Assembly: GCF_964355755.1 (NCBI RefSeq)
Contig: NC_092676.1
Span: 12,696,771 to 12,760,770, forward strand
DNA: 64,000 nt
DNA from: Antedon mediterranea
Lineage: Eukaryota > Animalia > Echinodermata
Reading direction: 5' to 3'
Shown: one piece after another, positions 1 to 10,200 of the stretch
Layout of the letters: every line of letters begins with the position of its first letter
Position numbering within the stretch: position 1 is the stretch's first letter
The notes under the pieces: model-generated
Database searches by the model: none
Seen by the model: the letters and a program-made list of their open reading frames with translations, nothing else
Told to the model about the DNA's origin: nothing
Program-made: the position numbers and the translations under genes

Positions 1-103
1 TGAAACCGTTTTAGAGCATTTTGAGCATTTCGATAAAACTTTTCACACAAAAACATCAAAGTGTACAAAATAGCTTCAAATCGCATTTAGAGACGTTTTA
101 GAC

Positions 104-191
104 CATTTTGTGCATTTCGAAAAAATTTGTTAACATAAAAAGACCAAAGTGTTTAGAATATCTCCAAATCGCATTTGGAGACGTTTTAGAC
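104..191 (+). repeat. Example of monomer class K (88 bp)
   Basis: Diagnostic 'cgaaaaaatttgttaacataaaaagaccaaagtgtttagaatatctcc'. Successive unit starts at 104 and 192. Confidence 0.95.
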
Positions 192-269
192 CATTTTGTG
201 CATTTCGATGAAACTTGGTTACACAAAAACATCAAAGTGCTTAAAATCACATTTGAAACCGTTTTAGAG
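192..269 (+). repeat. Example of monomer class W (78 bp)
   Basis: Diagnostic 'cgatgaaacttggttacac...aaagtgcttaaaatcacatttgaaaccg'. Unit starts at 192 and 270. Relative to class A it has one extra base in the head and lacks the 10 bp 'tacaaaatag'. Confidence 0.95.
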
Positions 270-772
270 CATTTTTAGCATTTCGATAATACTTTTCACA
301 CAAAAACATCAGTGTACAAAATAGCTTCAAATCGCATTTGGAGACGTTTTAGACCATTTTGTGCATTTCGATGAAACTTGGTTACACAAAAACATCAAAG
401 TGCTTAAAATCACATTTGAAACCGTTTTAGACCATTTTGAGCATTTCGATAAAACTTTTCACACAAAAAAATGAACGTGCACAAAATAGCTTCAAATCGC
501 ATTTGGAGACGTTTTAGACTATTTTGTGCATTTTGAAAAAATTTGTTAACATAAAAAGACCAAAGTGTTTAGAATATCTCCAAATCGCATTTGGAGACGT
601 TTTAAACCATTTTGTGCATTTCGATGGAACTTGGTTACACAAAAACCTCAAAGTGCTTAAAATCACATTTAAAACCGTTTTAGAGCATTTTGAGCATTTC
701 GATAAAACTTTTCACACAAAAACATCAAAGTGTACAAAATAGCTTCAAATCGCATTTAGAGAGGTTTTAGAC

Positions 773-859
773 CATTTTGTGCATTTCGATAAAACTTTTC
801 ACACAAAAACATCAAAGTGTACAAAATAGCTTCAAATCGCATTTAGAGACGTTTTAGAC
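773..859 (+). repeat. Example of basic monomer class A (87 bp)
   Basis: cattttgtgcatttcgataaaacttttcacacaaaaacatcaaagtgtacaaaatagcttcaaatcgcatttagagacgttttagac; the next unit starts at 860. 27/87 G+C. Confidence 0.97.
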
Positions 860-1120
860 CATTTTGTGCATTTCGATAAAACTTTTCACACAAAAACACC
901 AAATTGCACAAAATAGCTTAATACCGTGTTTGAAATCGTTTTAAACCATTTTGAGCATGTCGATAAAACTTTTCACAAAAAAACATCAAAGTGCACAGAA
1001 TAGCTTCAAATCGCATTTGGAGACGTTTTAAACCATTTTGAGCATTTCGATAAAACTTTTCACACAAAAACATCAAAGTGTACAAAATAGCTTCAAATCG
1101 CATTTAGAGAGGTTTTAGAC

Positions 1121-1207
1121 CATTTTGTGCATTTCGATAAAACTTTTCACACAAAAACATCAAATTGCACAAAATAGCTTAATATCGTGTTTGAAAACGT
1201 TTTAAAC
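1121..1207 (+). repeat. Example of monomer class N (87 bp)
   Basis: Diagnostic tail 'caaattgcacaaaatagcttaata(t/c)cgtgtttgaaa(a/t)cgttttaaac', normally followed by a monomer starting 'cattttgagcatgtcga'. Confidence 0.95.
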
Positions 1208-4200
1208 CATTTTGAGCATGTCGATAAAACTTTTCACACAAAAATATCAAAGCGCACAGAATATCTTCAAATCGCATTTAGAGACGTTTTAGACCATTTT
1301 GTGCATTTCGAAAAAATTTGTTAACATAAAAAGACCAAAGCGTTTAGAATATCTCCAAATCGCATTTGGAGACGTTTTAGACCATTTTGTGCATTTCGAT
1401 GAAACTTGGTTACACAAAAACATCAAAGTGCTTAAAATCACATTTAAAACCGTTTTAGAGCGTCTTGAGCATTTCGATAAACTTTTCACACAAAAACATC
1501 AAAGTGCACAAAATAGCTTCAAATCGCATTTAGAGATGTTTTAGACCATTTTGTGCATTTCGATAAAACTTTTCACACAAAAACATCAAATTGCACAAAA
1601 TAGCTTAATACCGTGTTTGAAATCGTTTTAAACCATTTTGAGCATGTCGATAAAACTTTTCACAAAAAAACATCAAAGTGCACAGAATAGCTTCAAATCG
1701 CATTTGGAGACGTTTTAAACCATTTTGTGCATTTCGATAAAACTTTTCACATAAAAACATCAAAGTGTCCAAAATAGCTTCAAATCGCATTTAGAGACGT
1801 TTTAGACCATTTTGGGCATTTATAAAAGTGCTTAAAATCACATTTCAAACCGTTTTAGAGCATTTTGAGCATTTCGATAAAACTTTTCACACAAAAACAT
1901 CAAAGTGCACAAAATAGCTTCAAATCGCATTTAGAGATGTTTTAGACCATTTTGTGCAATTCGATAAAACTTTTCACACAAAAACATCAAAGTGCACAAA
2001 ATAGCTTCAAATCGCATTTAGAGATGTTTTAGACCATTTTGTGCATTTCGATAAAACTTTTCACACAAAAACATAAAAGTGAACAGAATAGCTTCAAATT
2101 GCATTTGGAGACGTTTTAGAGCATTTTGTGCATTTCGATAAAATGTGTTAACATAAAAAGACCAAAGTGTTTAGAATATCTTCAAATCACATTTGGAGAC
2201 GTTTTAGACCATTTTTGGCATTTCGATGAAACTTGGTTACACAAAAACATCAAAGTGCTTAAAATCACATTTAAAACCGTTTTAGAGCATTTTGAGCATT
2301 TCGATAAAACTTTTCACACAAAAACATCAAAGTGTACAAAATAGCTTCAAATCGCATTTAGAGAGGCTTTAGACCATTTTGTGCATTTCGATAAAACTTT
2401 TCACACAAAAACATCAAAGTGTACAAAATAACTTCAAATCGTATTTAGAGACGTTTTAGACCATTTTGTGCATTTTGATAAAACTTTTCACACAAAAACA
2501 TCAAATTGCACAAAATAGCTTAATATTGTGTTTGAAAACGTTTTAAACCATTTTGAGCATGTCGATAAAACTTTTCACACAAAAATATCAAAGTGCACAG
2601 AATATCTTCAAATCGCATTTAGAGACGTTTTAGACCATTTTGTGCATTTCGAAAAAATTTGTTAACATAAAAAGACCAAAGTGTTTAGAATATCTCCAAA
2701 TCGCATTTGGAGACGTTTTAGACCATTTTGTGTTTTTCGAAAAACTTTTCACACAAAAACATCAAAGTGTAGAAAATTGCTTCAAATCGCATTTAGAGAC
2801 GTTTTAGACCATTTTGTGCATTTCGATGAAACTTGGTTACACAAAAACATCAAAGTGCTTAAAATCACATTTGAAACCGTTTTAGACCATTTTGAGCGTG
2901 TCGATAAAACTTTTCACACAAAAAAATCAGAGTGCACTAAATAGCTTCAAATCGCATTTGGAGACGTTTTACACCATTTTGTGCATATCGATGAAACTTG
3001 GTTACACAAAAACATCAAAGTGCTTAAAATCACATTTGAAATCGTTTTAGACCATTTTGAGCGTTTCGATAAAACTTTTCACACAAAAAAATCAGAGTGC
3101 ACAAAATAGCTTCAAATCGCATTTGGAGACGTTTTAGACTATTTTGTGCATTTCGAAAAAATTTGTTAACATAAAAAGACCAAAGTGTTTAGAATATCTC
3201 CAAATCGCATTTGGAGACGTTTTAAACCATTTTGTGCATTTCGATGGAACTTGGTTACACAAAAACATCAAAGTGCTTAAAATCACATTTAAAACCGTTT
3301 TAGAGCATTTTGAGCATTTCGATAAAACTTTTCACACAAAAACATCAAAGTGTACAAAATAGCTTCAAATCGCATTTAGAGAGGTTTTAGACCATTTTGT
3401 GCATTTCGATAAAACTTTTCACACAAAAACATCAAAGTGTACAAAATAGCTTCAAATCGCATTTAGAGACGTTTTAGACCATTTTGTGCATTTCGATAAA
3501 ACTTTTCACACAAAAACATCAAATTGCACAAAATAGCTTAATATCGTGTTTAAAACCGTTTTTACCATTTTGAGCATTTCGATAAACTTTTCACACAAAA
3601 ACATCAAAGTGCACAAAATAGCTTCAAATCGCATTTAGAGATGTTTTAGAACATTTTGTGCATTTCGATAAAATTTTTCACACAAAAACATCAAATTGCA
3701 CAAAAAAGCTTAATACCGTGTTTGAAATCGTTTTAAACCAATTTGAGCATGTCGATAAAACTTTTCACACAAAAACATCAAAGTGCACAGAATATCTTCA
3801 AATCGCATTTAGAGACGTTTTAGACCATTTTGGGCATTTCGATGAAACTTGGTTACACAAATACATAAAAGTGCTTAAAATCACATTTAAAACCGTTTTA
3901 GAGCATTTTGAGCATTTCGATAAAACTTTTCACACAAAAACATCAAAGTGTACAAAATAGCTTCAAATCGCATTTAGAGAGGTTTTAGACCATTTTGTGC
4001 ATTTCGATAAAACTTTTCACACAAAAACATCAAAGTGTACAAAATAACTTCAAATCGTATTTAGAGACGTTTTAGACCATTTTGTGCATTTTGATAAAAC
4101 TTTTCACACAAAAACATCAAATTGCACAAAATAGCTTAATATCGTGTTTGAAAACGTTTTAAACCATTTTGAGCATGTCGATAAAACTTTTCACACAAAA

Positions 4201-7200
4201 ACATCAAATTGCACAAAATAGCTTAATATCGTGTTTGAAAACGTTTTAAACCATTTTGAGCATGTCGATAAAACTTTTCACAAAAAAATATCAAAGTGCA
4301 CAGAATATCTTCAAATCGCATTTAGAGACGTTTTAGACCATTTTGTGCATTTCGAAAAAATTTGTTAACATAAAAAGACCAAAGTGTTTAGAATATCTCC
4401 AAATCGCATTTCGAGACGTTTTAGACCATTTTGTGTTTTTCGAAAAAACTTTTCACACAAAAACATCAAAGTGTACAAAATTGCTTCAAATCGCATTTGG
4501 AGACGTTTTAGACCATTTTGTGATTTTCGAAAAACTTTTCACACAAAAACATCAAAGTGTAGAAAATTGCTTCAAATCGCATTTAGAGACGTTTTAGACC
4601 ATTTTGTGCATTTCGAAAAAATTTGTTAACATAAATAGACCAAAGTGTTTAGAATATTTCCAAATCGCATTTGGAGACGTTTTAGACCATTTTGTGCATT
4701 TCGATGAAACTTGGTTACACAAAAACATCAAAGTGCTTAAAATCACATTTAAAACCGTTTTAGAGCGTTTTGAGCATTTCGATAAACTTTTCACACAAAA
4801 ACATCAAAGTGCACAAAATAGCATTTAGAGATGTTTTAGACCATTTTGTGCATTTCGATAAAACTTTTCACACAAAAACATCAAATTGCACAAAAAAGCT
4901 TAATACCGTGTTTGAAATCGTTTTAAACCAATTTGAGCATGTCGATAAAACTTTTCACACAAAAACATCAAAGTGCACAGAATATCTTCAAATCGCATTT
5001 AGAGACGTTTTAGACCATTTTGTGCATTTCGAAAAAATTTGTTAACATAAAAAGACCAAAGTGTTTAGAATATCTCCAAATCGCATTTGGAGACGTTTTA
5101 GACCATTTTGTGCATTTCGATGAAACTTGGTTACACAAAAACATCAAAGTGCTTAAAATCACATTTGAAACCGTTTTAGAGAATTTTGAGCATTTCGATA
5201 AAACTTTTCACACAAAAACATCAAAGTGTACAAAATAGCTTCAAATCACATTTGAAACCGTTTTAGACCATTTTGAGCATTTCGATAAAACTTTTCACAC
5301 AAAAACATCAAAGTGTACAAAATAGCTTCAAATCGCATTTGGAGACGTTTTAGACCATTTTGTGCATTTCGATGAAACTTGGTTACACAAAAACATCAAA
5401 GTGCTTAAAATCACATTTGAAATCGTTTTAGACCATTTTGAGCATTTCGATAAAACTTTTCACACAAAAAAATCAAAGTGCACAAAATAGCTTCAAATCG
5501 CATTTGGAGACGTTTTAGACTATTTTGTGCATTTCGAAAAAATTTGTTAACATAAAAAGACCAAAGTGTTTAGAATATCTCCAAATCGCATTTGGAGACG
5601 TTTTAAACCATTTTGTGCATTTCGATGGAACTTGGTTACACAAAAACATCAAAGTGCTTAAAATCACATTTAAAACCGTTTTAGAGCATTTTGAGCATTT
5701 CGATCAAACTTTTCACACAAAAACATCAAAGTGTACAAAATAACTTCAAATCGCATTTAGAGACGTTTTAGACCATTTTGTGCATTTTGGTAAAACTTTT
5801 CACACAAAAACATCAAATTGCACAAAATAGCTTAATATCGTGTTTGAAAACGTTTTAAACCATTTTGAGCATGTCGATAAAACTTTTCACATAAAAATAT
5901 CAAAGTGCACAGAATAGCTTCAAATCGCATTTGGAGACGTTTTAGACCATTTTGTGCATTTTGGTAAAACTTTTCACACAAAAACATCAAATTGCACAAA
6001 ATAGCTTAATATCGTGTTTGAAAACGTTTTAAACCATTTTGAGCATGTCGATAAAACTTTTCACTCAAAAATATCAAAGTGCACAGAATATCTTCAAATC
6101 GCATTTAGAGACGTTTTAGACCATTTTGTGCATTTTGAAAAAATTTGTTAACATAAAAAGACCAAAGTGTTTAGAATATCTCCAAATCGCATTTGGAGAC
6201 GTTTTAGACCATTTTGTGTTTTTCGAAAAAACTTTTCACACAAAAACATCAAAGTGTACAAAATTGCTTCAAATCGCATTTGGAGACGTTTTAGACCATT
6301 TTGTGCATTTTGGTAAAACTTTTCACACAAAAACATCAAAATTCACAAAATAGCTTAATATCGTGTTTGAAAACGTTTTAAACCATTTTGAGCATGTCGA
6401 TAAAACTTTTCACTCAAAAATATCAAAGTGCACAGAATATCTTCAAATCGCATTTAGAGACGTTTTAGACCATTTTGTGCATTTCGAAAAAAATTGTTAA
6501 CATAAAAAGACCAAAGTGTTTAGAATATCTCCAAATCGCATTTGGAGACGTTTTAGACCATTTTGCGCATTTCGATGAAACTTGGTTACACAAAAACATC
6601 AAAGTGCTTAAAATCACATTTAAAACCGTTTTAGAGCGTTTTGAGCATTTCGATAAACTTTTCAAACAAAAACATCAAAGTGTACAAAATAGCTTCAAAT
6701 CGTATTTGGAGACGTTTTAGACCATTTTGTGCGTTTCGATGAATCTTGGTTACACAAAAACATCAAAGTGCTTAAAATCACATTTAAAACCGTTTTAGTG
6801 CATTTTGAGCATTTCGATAAAACTTTTCACACAAAAACATCAAAGTGCACAAAATAGCTTCAAATCGCATTTAGAGATGTTTTAGACCATTTTGTGCGTT
6901 TCGATAAAACTTTTCACACAAAAACATCAAATTGCACAAAATAGCTTAATATCGTGTTTGAAAACGTTTTAGACCATTTTGAGCATGTCGATAAAACTTT
7001 TCACACAAAAACATAAAAGTGCACAAAATAGCTTCAAATCGCATTTAGAGATGTTTTAGACCATTTTGTGCGTTTCGATAAAACTTTTCACACAAAAACA
7101 TCAAATTGCACAAAATAGCTTAATATCGTGTTTGAAAACGTTTTAGACCATTTTGAGCATGTCGATAAAACTTTTCACACAAAAACATAAAAGTGCACAG

Positions 7201-10200
7201 AATAGCTTCAAATCGCATTTGGAGACGTTTTAGACCATTTTGTGCATTTCGAAAAAACTTTTTAACATAAAAACACCAAAGTGCTTAGAATAGCTTCAAA
7301 TCGCATTTGGAGACGTTTTAGACCATTTTGTGCATTTCGATGAAACTTGGTTACACAAAAACATCAAAGTGCTTAAAATCACATTTGAAACCGTTATAGA
7401 GCATTTTTAGCATTTCGATAAAACTTTTCACACAAAAACATCAAAGTGTACAAAATAGCTTCAAATCACATTTGAAACCGTTTTAGACCATATTGAGCAT
7501 TTCGATAAAACTTTTCACACAAAAACATCAAAGTGTACAAAATAGCTTCAAATCGCATTTGGAGACGTTTTAGACCATTTTGTGCATTTCGATGAAACTT
7601 GGTTACACAAAAACATCAAAGTGCTTAAAATCACATTTGAAAGCGTTTTAGAGCATTTTTAGCATTTCGATAATACTTTTCACACAAAAACATCAAAGTG
7701 CACAAAATAGCTTCAAATCGCATTTAGAGATGTTTTAGACCATTTTGTGCATTTCGATAAAACTTTTCACACAAAAACATCAAATTGCACAAAATAGCTT
7801 AATACCGTGTTTGAAATCATTTTAAACCATTTTGAGCATGTCGATAAAACTTTTCACACAAAAACATCAAAGTGTTTAGAATATCTCCAAATCGCATTTG
7901 GAGACGTTTTAGACCATTTTGTGCATTTCGATGAAACTTGGTTACACAAAAACATCAAAGTGCTTAAAATCACATTTGAAACCGTTTTAGAGCATTTTGA
8001 GCATTTCGATAAAACTTTTCAAACAAAAACATCAAAGTGTACAAAATAGCTTCAAATCACATTTGAAACCGTTTTAGACCATTTTGAGCATTTCGATAAA
8101 ACTTTTCACACAAAAACATCAAAGTGTACAAAATAGCTTCAAATCGCATTTGGAGACGTTTTAGACCATTTTGTGCATTTCGATGAAACTTGGGTACACA
8201 AAAACATCAAAGTGCTTAAAATCACATTTGAAACCGTTTTAGAGCATTTTTAGCATTTCGATAATACTTTTCACACAAAACATCAAAGTGTACAAAATAG
8301 CTTCAAATCGCATTTGGAGACGTTTTAGACCATTTTGTGCATTTCGATGAAACTTGGTTACACAAAAACATCAAAGTGCTTAAAATCACATTTGAAACCG
8401 TTTTAGACCATTTTGAGCATTTCGATAAAACTTTTCACACAAAAAAATCAAAGTGCACAAAATAGCTTCAAATCGCATTTGGGGACGTTTTAGACTATTT
8501 TGTGCATTTCGAAAAAAATTGTTAACATAAAAAGACCAAAGTGTTTAGAATATCTCCAAATCGCATTTGGAGACGTTTTAAACCATTTTGTGCATTTCGA
8601 TGGAACTTGGTTACACAAAAACATCAAAGTGCTTAAAATCACATTTAAAACCGTTTTAGAGCATTTTTAGCATTTCGATAAAACTTTTCACACAAAAACA
8701 TCAAAGTGTACAAAATAGCTTCAAATCGCATTTAGAGAGGTTTTAGACAATTTTGTGCATTTCGATAAAACTTTTCACACAAAAACATCAAAGTGTACAA
8801 AATAGCTTCAAATTGCATTTAGAGACGTTTTAGACCATTTTGTGCATTTCGATAAAACTTTTCACACAAAAACATCAAATTGCACAAAATCGTTTTAAAC
8901 CATTTTAAATCGTTTTAAACCATTTTGAGCATGTCGATAAAACTTTTCACAAAAAACATCAAAGTGCACAGAATAGCTTCAAATTGCATTTGGAGACGTT
9001 TTAGAGCATTTTGTGCATTTCGATAAAATGTGTTAACATAAAAAGACCAAAGTGTTTAGAATATCTTCAAATCACATTTGGAGACGTTTTAGACCATTTT
9101 TTGCATTTCGATGAAACTTGGTTACACAAAAACATCAAAGTGCTTAAAATCACATTTGAAACCGTTTTAGAGCATTTTGAGCATTTCGATAAAACTTTTC
9201 ACACAAAAACATCAAAGTGTACAAAATAGCTTCAAATCGCATTTAGAGACGTTTTAGACCATTTTTTGCATTTCGATGAAACTTGGTTACACAAAAACAT
9301 CAAAGTGCTTAAAATCACATTTAAAACCGTTTTAGAGCATTTTTAGCATTTCGATAAAACTTTTCACACAAAAACATCAAAGTGTACAAAATAGCTTCAA
9401 ATCGCATTTAGAGAGGTTTTAGACAATTTTGTGCATTTCGATAAAACTTTTCACACAAAAACATCAAAGTGTACAAAATAGCTTCAAATTGCATTTAGAG
9501 ACGTTTTAGACCATTTTGTGCATTTCGATAAACTTTTCACACAAAAACATCAAATTGCACAAAATCGTTTTAAACCATTTTAAATCGTTTTAAACCATTT
9601 TGAGCATTTCGATAAAACTTTTCACAAAAAACATCAAAGTGCACAGAATAGCTTCAAATTGCATTTGGAGACGTTTTAGAGCATTTTGTGCATTTCGATA
9701 AAATGTGTTAACATAAAAAGACCAAAGTGTTTAGAATATCTTCAAATCACATTTGGAGACGTTTTAGACCATTTTTTGCATTTCGATGAAACTTGGTTAC
9801 ACAAAAACATCAAAGTGCTTAAAATCACATTTGAAACCGTTTTAGAGCATTTTGAGCATTTCGATAAAACTTTTCACACAAAAACATCAAAGTGTACAAA
9901 ATAGCTTCAAATCGCATTTAGAGACGTTTTAGACCATTTTGTGCATTTCGAAAAAATTTGTTAACATAAAAAGACCAAAGTGTTTAGAATATCTCCAAAT
10001 CGCATTTGGAGACGTTTTAGACCATTTTGTGCATTTCGATGAAACTTGGTTACACAAAAACATCAAAGTGCTTAAAATCACATTTGAAACCGTTTTAGAG
10101 CATTTTTAGCATTTCGATAATACTTTTCACACAAAAACATCAAAGTGTACAAAATAGCTTCAAATCGCATTTGGAGACGTTTTAGACCATTTTGTGCATT

